Assembly (NCBI GenBank): GCA_001244265.2 | Contig: CDLV01000014.1 | Span: 1,178,001 to 1,242,000, forward strand | Source of the DNA: Microbotryum violaceum | Taxonomy: Eukaryota | Direction of reading: 5' to 3' | Length of the DNA stretch: 64,000 nucleotides | Shown: positions 47,758 to 59,739 of the stretch, one piece after another | Position numbering within the stretch: the first letter of the stretch is position 1 | Layout: each line of letters starts with the position of its first letter | Notes under the pieces: generated by a model | What the model was told of the DNA's origin: nothing | The model's input: the letters and a program-made list of their open reading frames with translations, nothing else | Databases searched by the model: none | Program-made: the position numbers and the translations under genes

Positions 47758-50700
47758 ATGGATCATCTTCAACCCGAATTTAATCCCAACAAGAGTGTGG
47801 TTGCTCACTTGCGCAACATTCTCCTCCGGCATGACGTCAGTATTGAGGACTCTCACCGCCCGTGATGCCCCCCCTTTGTATTCAATGAGTCGGTTGACTG
47901 AACGTCCGTGGGTTTCCCCGCCATGACGCGCCTTCAGGTTCCCTGGCCCGCCAATGCCAAGAAGCCTCAGTTGGTCGCGTTGTACGAGTCACACGTACGC
48001 CCTAAAGCACCCGTAAGTCGAAACGACACCGAAACTCACCTTCTCCGTACTCTGTAACAGGGCACAGCGATCGCTCGCCGAGTTGCGACTGAGGGACCTC
48101 CACTCACCGAAGGCCTCTTTCTGCTCCATCGCTTTCTTCCAGGTGCTATTACGCGAATCCCTCGGTGTCAAGGCCTCAGACCATGGTATCCTGGACGGTG
48201 AATCTCAAGACGGGGCTTCGCTCGGCGAGCTTTGCACCGGCTCAGACCGCTCAGACTTCGACCATCACGACGCAAGACCGATGTCGACCGCGTCAGGTCT
48301 CAAGCAAGATGCCCGTTCCAAAAAACGCGCTTTGCCCGCGGCAAATGCTTCCGGGCGGGTACCCACGTCAAAACGCAAGAAAGACAGCGCAGCTGATACG
48401 GATGAGCGAGAGCGAAAACACCCCACCAAGGTAATGCGCGCCTACCCGCCCCAGCCCATAGCGGGGCTGACCTGGTGAACGAGGCCACTGATCCGTCGTC
48501 AACGACCTTCCGCTCACACAGTCCCCGACTCACAATCCCGGGCTTGGACAGCCCCCAGCCTCCTCGGCTGGGGATGATGCTACTAAAATGAAGTCGCAGA
48601 GCGCATCGCGGCATGCCTCCGCGGCAGGCGCCAGGCGGCGGACGACCCACTTGATCAACCCGAGCTCGAGCCCACTGGCGCCAACAAGTACACCCCGCCG
48701 ATCTCTCAACTACGACTCAAGTGGCGAAGCCGGATTCTCGGACTACAACCCTTTCCAATCCGGGCCAGAGGACACACCAGAGCGAAAACCAAGACGCAAG
48801 GTCAGCGTTTCTGGTGCTTTTCTGCTCCGGAACTCACGTTTTCCTGACACCTTATACGCGCATCTGGCTTGCTCAGTCGTCTCTGGGTCCCGGTAAATCA
48901 CGCGTGGTGGACATGAACAATATAGCATACGCCGAAAGTCTCCCATGCGGCGACAATCATCTTGCGAGTAATTCATCGCCTCCTGCGCTCCACAGACCCC
49001 GGTTGACTGCTGGAAGCGTCGAAAGTCGGCACCAGCTGCCAAGCGGCACAGCCGAACGCTCGAGTGGTCACGTTACCTTACCTGGACACCGCTATGTAGT
49101 TCGTCGGGAGTCGATCAAGTATACACCTGACGAGATTATCGTACTCGGGAACGAGCTCGAAGCTCTCGACCGCCGGGAGCAAGTTCCCGACTGTGACGAG
49201 ACTGGTAGCTCAAGCCAAGAACCCGAAGACGACACTCCTACGCAAGCATACGCTGGCTCGCTTAGCTCGGTTTTTGAGCCCGAAGGAGAAGTCGTCGATG
49301 CCTGGTCCTCCCCTCCGGGCGCGCCCACCGACTCTGTTTGCCGCCGATTCACAGCTCCCCCGGTGCCAAATTCGGCCCTCGCCACCGTTGGCCCGCTTCC
49401 AACTCGAAACAAGGCAGAGGATCGCACAACGAGCCCGCGAGCCTTCACTGTCCTCTGTTCACTGGTCTTGCTCGCGTTCGCCCTGTGGTGGCGCGAGGAA
49501 AAGCTTATGGTTGGTTTTTGTGACACCCAAACTGCTCAAAATGCGCTCAGCTCCTCGCGCTCCGACTCGCTTTTCCTGCGTTCTTTCGCGCCGCGGTGGT
49601 CATCGGCTTGGCTTACGAAGATTCCTTCAGACTTTTGGCGGCAGATGGACCGGACTCATCTCCGGCCCTCTTGCAGCGCGTGTCCGAGCCATGGCGTTTG
49701 TGACGGCGGTCAGTTTTTGGGCTGCCAGCCGGATCACATCATCCGGCCGCATCCCTTCCGCCTCAGAGGGCTTGTTCCATTGGCTCCGAGATGTGCCCCC
49801 GACTCTGACAAACTCATGCTCATTGCGTTACGAGCGAGTCGTCTAGCTGCCCGCCTCCGCGTTCACCGTGGCGATGTGATCTGCACTGGTTCCTCAGGGC
49901 ACGTAGTGGACAAGGCTCTAGAGGTACTTGTGTATGGCGTTTCTGCCGAGCAGATTGCTCGCTGGGCGAAGGAGGACAACAATTTGTCTGCATCGCCGCT
50001 CGATGAGAAGCATCTCGAAGACTTGAACGAATTGGCCTTGCGGGATCTCCAAGACCATGGAGAAGTGCTCGGACTGGTGGACAGGTGCGTGAGCCGCCCG
50101 CTGCTGGAACAATTCACTGACCATTCAGGCTAACGCGTGAGGTGCACCAGGGATGAGATGTGGTACGCTGCAACTTCCGCAGACATGCCTATCGGCTGCA
50201 AATTACGTCTGGCGGCTTGGCGTCAAGCTCGCGAGCATACAGTCCTGTTCATAAGTCAGTCTCTGTACCACAACTTGCATTCACACGCGCAATGCTATTT
50301 TGGGTGGCTTACGCGAGTACGCATGTGTCTTTCCTAGCACTGCTCGCTATGGTTGCGACGTGGATATACGGTCGGCTGGCCTGGACACGCCATGTCCAGG
50401 AAGCTTCCCGTGTTCGTCGACTGGTGCAATCTGCTTTGGTTCTCTTGAGGAAGCAGGTAAGCCTCGAATCATGTCCGTGCGGCACTGTTCTATCGCAGTG
50501 GCGCCAAGCACTGATGTGATGTTGATTCCAGGCCGAGCAAAGCCGATCCGGTGCAGCCATTACTCCCGAACCTGCGATTGCGCAATCACACCTTCGTGAC
50601 CTCATTCTGCAGGAAGAGCATTCGCCGGCTAAGAGGGATCGTCTGTGGACACAAGTAGCGCGCGTCGTGGAGGGAAACGCGAACATTCGAGCCAAAGAGG

Positions 50701-50810
50701 TCGAATTCGCGGGCGAAGAGCTGCGCGCATGGGAATGGACTGGCAAGATTGATCGAACAGACGCTATCGAGGAGATGATGGAGCGCAAGAGCCTGAAAAG
50801 GCTGTCCTGA
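47758..50810 (+). CDS. Inner nuclear membrane protein, SRC1/HEH1/MAN1 family, multi-exon
   Basis: N-terminal HeH/LEM (LQPEFNP...HLRNILLRHD...PANAKKPQLV); FSDYNPFQSG; TM then GFCD, CSACPSHGVC, PRCAPD; C-terminal HLRDLIL...LWTQVARVVEGNANIR...WEW. Confidence 0.9.
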
Positions 50811-50898
50811 TATGACCAGAATGCTGGCACCTGGAGTACGTGTGCGGATGAAGCTAGATGGGAGTCCTTGTGCATTGCAACTGTCAGATTCGGCCAAC

Positions 50899-51588
50899 TC
50901 AAAGCGTGTCCTTCATAGTGAAATTATCAGGTGCCTGCCTCCCCCGTTCGCCCAGAAACACTTCGGAGTCGGTCGGTACGCTGTAGAAATTGTGCGAGGC
51001 CATCGCTTGGGACGGCTCTGTGACCGATATCTCACTCCCGTATGCATGTTCCAGGCTGCCAGCCGGCCAGACTTGACGTGCCGCTGATCCGAATCCTCTG
51101 GCGCCCGTACGTGGCATCTCGAACGCATCGCCGTTGACCCAGGAGTCCACGGTATCGCCCTCAAAATGCTTTACTAGCCGCTCCTTGCGTCTCAGCGTCC
51201 GATAGCGCAACAATGCCAGGGCTACTATGACGAACAGGATCAAAACACCTGCACCGACAAGTAAGCCAACGAATCCAGAGTACGATCCCGCTACCTTCGG
51301 ACCTGGCTCGGTGACCGAATGGCATTAGCGGTTGAGTAATATTCTTGTGCTCAGCCAAGCTGGAGTCCACAGAAGCTTCGCGAAGCATAGCTTACCGGTG
51401 TACGTTGAGGATGGAGGAGCTGTTTCGTATGTCGTTGCGGTGGCTGTGCGTAGGCACACGACTCGTGGGCGTGCGTGAGCTCCCGGGAGACGTGACGAGG
51501 TGCTCGCATAAGCGGCGGGCAGAGTACTGACGGTTCTGAGTCGGATCACCTGCAGCCACCCCTCCCCGGGACCAAAGAATCCGAGACA
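50899..51588 (-). CDS. Hypothetical single-pass membrane protein, spliced
   Basis: Ser/Thr-rich segment, then a hydrophobic stretch (LFVIVALALL) followed by basic residues. Plausible GT-AG introns. Confidence 0.45.
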
Positions 51589-51749
51589 TGGTGTTGAAGA
51601 GATGGTGCCGATACCAATGACGTGTTTCGCGAGCGAGTTAAGAGAGTGGAGGACAGTAGCCCGGTGGGGGGCGCGTAAGAAGCTCAGAGCGTGTTCTTGC
51701 GTCTTCTTGCGTCGTAGACCCTCTACCGATCCACTGCACTACTGACAAA

Positions 51750-52345
51750 GATCCGCATTAGGTCAGATCACCGTCAGATCAGATCTTTCCTGATTCTGCC
51801 TTGATTGGTCTGATTATGATCTGATCTGAGCAGATCAATTCGATCTGAGACATGAAATTGCCTAATTTGGCACATACAGACTTCTACATGTCTACATGTT
51901 GAAATCATCATCTTCTTCCCCCACAACCTCATCCTCTTCCTCATCCTCATCATCCTCCCAAGTGATCACCTTGCTAAGCCGCCGCTTTTTGGAGGAGCTC
52001 CCCGCTAAGCGCTTCTAGGACTGAATTGGGTCGCATGATCCCTATGAGAAAGTGTTTGCAAGGAGTCAGCACCTGACACTGCAACGAAGGCCCATCAGAG
52101 CAGGACCACACCCTGTAGTATTTCTGTGGCGCGGGCCGACACCCAATTTGTGGCGGCGATGCCAGATGGCGCGCTCCATTCTCTCTCATGCAGTGATCAG
52201 CCTGCAGTGGTGCGCCGCAGTTGGCATTTCAAATCACAATGGCAGCATCCAGGTACCGCTTACTTTGGATTTTTTTCCTCGAGGCCTGATTGATCTGAAC
52301 TTGTTCTGATCCTCAGATCAGATCAGATCTGATGCGGACCCTCGA
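51750..52345. repeat. Decayed MITE-like remnant with GATC(T/A) arrays at both ends
   Basis: CAGATC/GATCTG clusters at 51750-51850 and 52290-52335 and a short inverted match ATCCGCAT / ATGCGGA. No TSD. Confidence 0.4.
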
Positions 52346-53063
52346 AGTCTACACATGCGCGCGCGAGCTTGATGGATTTCCTATGGCAGGACTGGCCGTA
52401 TGTCTTCTCTACGGACGGGTTACAATTAATGTAAGGCGGTTTTACAGAGCTCCTGTAAGAGCAAAGCTTCTTTATGGCTGCCTCAGGCAGTCGTTCTAGT
52501 ATCCGTATGGACGTTGGGTTATCAGGTCCGTAGGGGCGTTTGCGGTGACCCTACGCGTGCGGTACAGCTAGCGTAAAAACGGCCTTTGCGGCCGCGGTAA
52601 GGATTCAACGTTCAACCCTTATTGCATTCGTCAATGAGGCGTACGTGAGCGCTAAAGTGCACAATAGACGGGATCGATAATGTTTTCCGTGTACGGAACC
52701 TGCGTATGGGTTTATTCCACCTGGTGTATGGTAGCATTAGTTTTGTCCCGATAGGAAATTCTTGCGTGTCACTGCATCCAAAAGGTGGCACGTGACGTCG
52801 CGAGCGGTCGCTGTTTCGAGCCCTATCGATGCAGAGGATGTATCCCACGGTCGCTGAAATATTTCATGGGTCGCGCTTTATAGAGTCCAAAGTCCATTTG
52901 TACCAGCTGAGGCAGCGAGTAATCAATAGTGAGTCAGTGCCATGAGTCGAGACTGCACCCTCACGCGGCCAGCTGAAGTCTGCTGCAGGCTGGCGTGCGC
53001 CGGTGAGAGTCTCGGAGCAGAGATCTGAGACCTGAGACCTGAGATCCTCAGCGCTCAGAGCGC

Positions 53064-56000
53064 AGGACCCCCCGAAAGCCCAGCCAGAGGCGCATGCGGA
53101 AAAACACCCTTTTTTGGCCATTTTGTCAGAGTTTTATACCCTATTTTGGCCCCAAAATGTCAAAATTTCGCATACGCCTCGGAAATATTATCAAACTGTG
53201 TTCTACATGCTCCAAAAGTTGCTCAAAAGTCCTCGAAAACGCGTTCCGAGCGTTTGCGGGCGCGCGGCGGCCTATCCGAAGTGGCTTGCGGCGCGCGTCG
53301 CTTCGGCTGGTGTTGCGCGTGGCTCCAGGCTTCAAACAAGCCTTCCTTGCTTTGCTGGCTGGCTCGCTGCTTCGTTGTCAGACTTCCTTTTTGCTGACGT
53401 TGAGCTCCTTGTTTACGCGGTGGCATTTGTGCGGCTTGTAGAGGTTCTGCCGGCGGCATCTCGCAGGCAGGGCACGCTCCGAAGGGCGGCAAATCTTTGC
53501 TCGGCATGTGCGCTCGTGCTGATTAGGCGCTCGTCCGGGTAACATGAGGTAAGGTCCGTGGTTGAACGATATGTAGTCGTTGACGGGCCTAATGACTCGA
53601 TGACCGGTCGACCATCAATCATGCGGAACGACATAGTGCCATCAATGAGGTGTGTGGAATAGCATGTTTTCTTGATGAGGCGAAGCTCCTGTACGACGAC
53701 ATTTGAGAGTAGAACCAACGAGGCGAGCGTGTCTTGGTTGCAGTGGTTTGTTGTCACTTTGCTGTAGATGTATCGCACTGTAGGACACAAGACTTGTGTC
53801 AAACGAGAACTTCCTTAACTGCCACTCAAAACAACGTACCAATTCCGATAGACAGCGCTTCTTCTCCATAAACAGTTTGATCGCAGCTGAGTGAATGCAT
53901 ACCACACTTGAGGCCAAAGCAGATCAGAGATCCAATTTCCAATGGTGTGGCAGCGGTTACAGCTCCGTCAAGCGATCCAAAATGAGGATAGTGTTGTGCT
54001 AGCGCTCCATACTGCTTGTCTCTCTCAGGGAGCTTTTCCTAAAAGTTTAGGACCGGCAAAACATTAGATCCAGTTGCCTTCGTTCCTAAATTCAGACAAC
54101 TCACTTGAATGCGGCCGTCCTCAATATAGGCGTTCTTCTGAATCTCGTTTGTTGTGAGCGCTCGGGCCACCTGGCCACCTCCAGTCCAGCGAAAGCTCCT
54201 TGCGGTGCCCGCAATGTCTTCGAAGCGAGATGGTCCCATGGACTGCACCAACCCTTTCAAGACGCGTGAATGTACTGCACTGCGTCCTTGCTCTGTATTG
54301 CTAATCTCAAAGCCTGCCTCTCCGCGACTTGTGTCGCTCAATTCCATTGGCCTCCCTTTGAGTAGAACAGCTCTGAGGTGGCTACACTCATGAGCAGCTC
54401 GATGGGCAATCAAGCTGGCCCAGTTCAGCGAGAAACTGGTATCGCGAGCATCAACAAGAGGCGAAAGTTTCAAGTGTGTAGGCTGTATAGTACTGAAGAT
54501 GCATGAACTCAGATCGAAATTACGCTAGTTGAGCTTGGTAGACACACGATTGGACGTAATGAGCTGTTTGCCTTCTCAATGGTCTCGAGTACGTAGCGTT
54601 CCTCAGCTTGTCTGTCAGCTTCGTCGTAAGCGATTTGCACGTCGAGTCTGGCCAATGAGAAAGGAGAACAATATGAGGTCCGGATTAAAAGGTAGAAGAA
54701 CGCTTCAGCGCACGTGGCACAGTGAAGTGTCCACTCACAAGGCTGCCTCAACGTCAAAGTCCAGAGCTGCAAGCGATCGAATTGCACGGTCGACAGCTTC
54801 CCGCTCGTTTGGGTCCAGTTTCACAACACCTTGGCACGTGCTACGCCGCATGCCATCAAGAGCAGAATCCAGCAATTCGGTGCGGAGCAGACCTTGATCT
54901 TCCTTGGTAGGATGATGGTCTTCAAGATCTACTTCAAGTGGGCATGGTATCCCGTGTCAGATACGCATCACTTGTAGACCAAGTCGTTCGGAACTACCTT
55001 GAACTGTTGTGCCATGGGCGAGTACGTCCTCGACGAGTATGTCAGGTTGCGGACCTTGGTTGCGTCTGTTGGACGCGATGCGTTGCACAGGCTCCCATAT
55101 GCGTAAACCTGAAAGCAGTTCACGCGCAGTATTTGCCGCTGCAAAACTGGTGAGAGAGATGTCGCCATCACTGGGGTACGTTCGCATCGCAACAAGGTCA
55201 AGATCGTCGAGGTCGTTGTAGGTATGATGGTAGCCTTGACGTGATCCCGCCGCCTCGGTCTTAAACTTCCTCATGAGCTCCAAGAGTGCAGTGACTTTGC
55301 CAGTTGCCTGTCGGATTCTAGCCGGGTTAACTACTGTATAGATTAGATTGATTTATGAAGAACGCACCTGCAAGAACTCTAGAGCATCGAACTTCTTTAC
55401 AATCTGGCATGTACCCCCGAAGAAGTGCTCCACCATTTCTGTGCCATGCCGCCAGGGAATGAACGATTCCTTTGGCCAAAAATCTCGGTAGTTGCGGACG
55501 AGAGCAATCGTTGAGTCAACCATCTTCCTGACCCCATCAAGCGTTTCTTTGGCCAGGAACGAGTGAGAGCTAGATCCGGGGCGACTTCGGACAAAGTCAT
55601 ACCACGCCTCGAACGTATACCTGACAACGAGCAACATCCTGATACGTTCAAGGGGCTGAAGCGACCGGTTCTGGATGGCATCGTGTAACTCGCCACATAA
55701 GAAGAGATATACGACCGCATCGGGGTCGAGTTTTTGGTCTTCAGCGAGTTCGGTTACGAGTTCGAGCGTCGCCTTGGAGAATGCCCGATGTGTTGCATTG
55801 TCGTCTTGACGATCACGCCCAACCACATCACGACGAGACAGAGTACGACGCGACTCCAGTCCGCCCAGGATGGTAAGCATATCCTGGTAGGCAATGCATC
55901 CGAGACCACCGAACAGCAATCTTGCTCCAGAGTCGATAGCGTTCCTCAGACATTTGGCCAGGTGTTTTTCGTCCCGACAGAAGACTATCGGCGTTCCCGC

Positions 56001-59000
56001 GACGTTGACGGTCGATATAGTGATCCCAGGAAACACTCCGTCCGGATCTGGGGAGGGGAGGGTGTATGATGACGCGTTCCTTGATCCGGTTTGAGCAACA
56101 GCGCCACCCTGATCGCGCAGAAGGACGGCAACATTACGTTGCAGCACACCCTCGCTTGCCGCACCATCTGCGGAGATGGATACCAGAAGGTGTGAGACGC
56201 AACGTTTTATTAATTCTTGTATCACTGAATGTAACTGTTCGGTCGCGTCCTCCGCGTTCGTAGTTTCGCCGATCACAAAAGCGGCAAACACCTGTGCCTG
56301 GGAGCCAACATCGTTCGGTGCTATCATGTAAGCTCGGATCTGAATGAAGAGGCGACACATGTTAAAGCCTCATGGAAATGAAGTACAAACTTAAAAGAAT
56401 CATTGCCACTCACTTTGGTTCCAGCAACCGGGGTGTCAGGTCCGCTGAACATATCAGGGAGTTCACCCGGAGTTTCGTAGATGCGTGGCGGACCAATTGA
56501 TCCGATGAGCTCGTGGCGGAATATGCCCTTCGTACGTAGTTCGCGCTCTAAACTGAGGTCTTCTGAGTAGCATGGAGTGGTTCGCATCCTGGATCGACAC
56601 TTCTTGTCGTCTACGTGTAAATTGAACGTTAGGCCGTCTGCTTCGAGTTTCGCGCAGACACGATCCATGTTGGACTTGTCGAGGCCGAGGCGCATCCTGC
56701 CTGATGTCGCTCGGTCCATTCTGCAAGCACCTCGATCATTCAGTATGAGGTTGAATTGAAGGAACGAAAGAATGACCGTACTCACTGCAGTTTTCGGCTT
56801 GTGGATGCGCCGATTGTAGCCTGCAGCACTCTCAGAGCCATCGGAGACGCCAGCGCCATGGCTTGCTCGAAGTCACGCAGCGCTTCGGACCGCACAAAGC
56901 CTCGCATTGATTTGCCCTTGACCATCCAATCGTGCTTGACCGTAGCCGCTTTCACCAATCCCTCCAAGATGTTCGCTCCGTCAAATTCTCCTGAGGCCAC
57001 ACCTTGCGCGAATCGTAGATACACGGTCCCTTGACCGTTGTCATCCAGGATCTCTTCTAGTCCATGATGTCGCCGGTAGATGGCCGAGAGAAGTGTATCG
57101 CCCGCGACATATTTCTTGTTGGTGTATTTGCGAGTTGCGCCAGCAGCATATTGACGTCGAAGAGCTGCTCGACAGGATGAATCCTTAGGAAGCCTCGCGC
57201 ATTCTTCACACGGTAAGCTTGGTCCGTCCTTGTTGATCGAATCTCGAGCGCTATACTTGCGACAATTCACACTGATGATGCGCGGTGCTCGATGATCGTT
57301 GCGCCACTTCCATTCATTCGCTTCCAATTTGTCCACCTCCTTCCTCTCGAGCTCCGTCATTGGTCGTTTACCAATTTTGGGATAGAGGCGCAAACAAAGC
57401 GTCCGTCGAGGAGGGGCCCCGCCACCCTGCGCCGCAGTCGGTGAAAGATAATGCATCGCCGTTTCAGACGTAAGGCCGGGGCACGGTCCTAGCGAGGGGC
57501 TGGTAGCAGTTGAGCCAGAGGCGATAGGTCTGAAGAAATTGCTGATGGGTTGGAGGTTGACACACTTCTTATTGCCGAGATGTAATTGAAATCGTGCCTT
57601 GCACAGCAAGGCCGCCATTGGAACCAAGACATAACAACGTCCACACCGCACGTACTTTGGATTGTTGAGGTCGACATTCGATCCCGGGCAAAGATCTTCG
57701 ACTTTTTCAGCAAACCTCCTGAAAAGAGGCGGATGGTCGCGAGCCCACGTCGTATGCTCCTCGGGGGTGAGCTCTCGAGCTTTCGTCGGCTTCGATACCT
57801 TGGTGAAGGTCGTTTGAAGTCAAGAAGTTGGCGGGTTTTTTGAGGATGATGCGACTCGTTGATTTGTTGGCTTGATTGTCGCTGCCTTGCCGGACTCTGC
57901 CGACGTGCTCTTGCTGCTCAGTGTTCCGGCAGCGGATCCCCTCCCAGACTTTGCCTTTGATTTTGCGCCCGTGGCAACGATGGATTCGATCTCTTTGGGA
58001 TCCTCGACAGCACCAACCAGAGAGGATAAACGACAGAATTGACGGAGCCGTGACATGTGAGCACGCGCTGCGTTGAATAACCCAATCCCGAGCACCTCCG
58101 TCTCCACTGCATTGATCGTAGCCGGCCCGCACGAGTAGCTGTCTTCCTGTTGTTCCGCCTTAGGAGTATGAGGGAACTCGTTTTTGATGTCCAGCTTCAG
58201 AAATTTGAATAGCGTAAGGACGGCCGTCCGAGTAGCCGCGGTGATCGGAGTGGCGGAGAGTGAGTTGATCACAGACCATGTCCGCTTGTGCATGTTGATG
58301 CGGGCCAGGACCCAATGGCTGTCGGAGCAGAGGGGTAGAAACCAGATTGACTTTGAAGTCGGCGTGTTGCGCATGCAATCGCCTAGCTCGATGAGATTCC
58401 GATACTGGTTTGGCGGGCCGAAAAAGCAGGCTTTGAAGATCGAATGAGGATCCGAGTCGGGAGGGCGAGCCATTACCAAGGAGATGACGGTGGAGGGTAT
58501 AAGTCCACACGATGTTTCGAAATCGGGATTCTGCACTCGTCCAGCTCGAAGGACGCTTTCAATTGACAGGTTCACCGCGGCTCACCGAGCCAATCATGAC
58601 CTGGGTAGAGACGCGAATAAGCAAGTTGCCTCAGATACGAGATGAATACGAGTGGCCAGCTGAGGGATTGGTGTACTGACTTAAGAATCTCAGGAGATAA
58701 ACCAAACTCGTTTCACTTGCAAGAAGAGGCAATGGTAGAAGCCCGTCTTGCTCTTGCCATTGCAATCCGTTCAGTATGCGACGTGCGACAGCGATACAGT
58801 TGCAGTCAATTTCGTTGATAACGATAATTTTGTCCATCCATCGTTGAGCTCGCAGCGCCCAGCTTTGAACGTCTTTTGCTCGGTCGTACTCTGACCATAG
58901 CCGATCGGCGCCGAGCGGCAAACACGTCGACCCAACGGCCAAAGATCGATATCCTTGCTTGCGTGCATTGATCAGAGCATCGGTAGCGAGAAACGCGTCT

Positions 59001-59621
59001 CTGGTCTGAAGAGTCGGGTAGGGTAAGTTTGAATACTGGGTGGGCTCGTCTTTGGACAACTCGATGTGAAGAGACGCGTCGGCGGGAGCGACATCGAAGG
59101 CGAGGAGCTCGGCAACCGTTATGTTGGTGAGCGGCGATAATCGATCAAAGTCATCGTCGTGCAAATAGTAGTCCTGATCTTCGTCAAGAAACAAGCATGG
59201 AATCATTTCGTCGTGCTATGCTCCAGTGTCAGAACGAAGTGAAGCGGAACAGAACCTCAGGGGCCCCGTCATTTTTATCTTACTCGATAGGGGTATCTAA
59301 TCCCTAATATTCTCTAACAGCCACTGAACTAAAGTGATTAGCGAAAATGGCTAGTGACTTGTTCAAGCGCGAGCATCGCGAAGCGCGTTTCGAAGCGAAG
59401 GCAAACGGGCCCAAAGCGATGCCGTAGGCTGCTCAGGGTAGGCCAAAATTGGGCCGACTCACGGGAAAATGTCAAAATCTGGGCATGCGCCTCGGGGGCG
59501 AAACGTGTGTTTCGTCCCAAAATGTCAATTTTTTGCGATGCGCCCCGACGATTTTCAGGATTTTGGGTCCTCAAAATGTCAAAAAAAAAAATGCGCCTCC
59601 GGCTGGGCTTTCGGGGGTCCT
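53064..59621 (-). mobile_element. P-element-like DNA transposon with Ulp1-like protease-transposase gene, copy B (6558 bp)
   Basis: ~31-bp TIR AGGACCCCC(C)GAAAGCCCAGCC(A/G)GAGGCGCAT and 8-bp TSD CAGAGCGC at 53056-53063 and 59622-59629. Confidence 0.92.
53413..59206 (-). pseudogene. Multi-exon Ulp1/C48-like peptidase + Zn finger + P-type DDE transposase (frameshifted)
   Basis: FLPLCSDSHWVLA...INS...QQEDSYSCG; CGRC...H...C; LHVDD; ISADG; RDEKHLAKCLRN; RDRQDDNATHRAFS; TEMVEHFFG. Co-linear with 19640-26743, with an ORF break near 57820-57710. Confidence 0.85.
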
Positions 59622-59739
59622 CAGAGCGCTGAGCGCGCGAGCACCCGACTGAGAAGCATGGGGGGCCCCACCCGCTCTCCCTCGCCCCGCCCCAGAATAA
59701 GTGGACAACCACTTTGCCCACAAACGGGACGGCCACGTC

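Noticed and set aside
53047-53063. Palindromic pre-insertion target CTCAGCGCTC-A-GAGCGCTGAG for copy B
   Set aside because: The palindrome is not centred on the TSD and copy A's target shows no equivalent, so no target rule can be claimed.
57530-57560. PIP-box-like QPISNFF after the Zn finger of copy B
   Set aside because: The Gln spacing is non-canonical and copy A has PRITGLL at this position.
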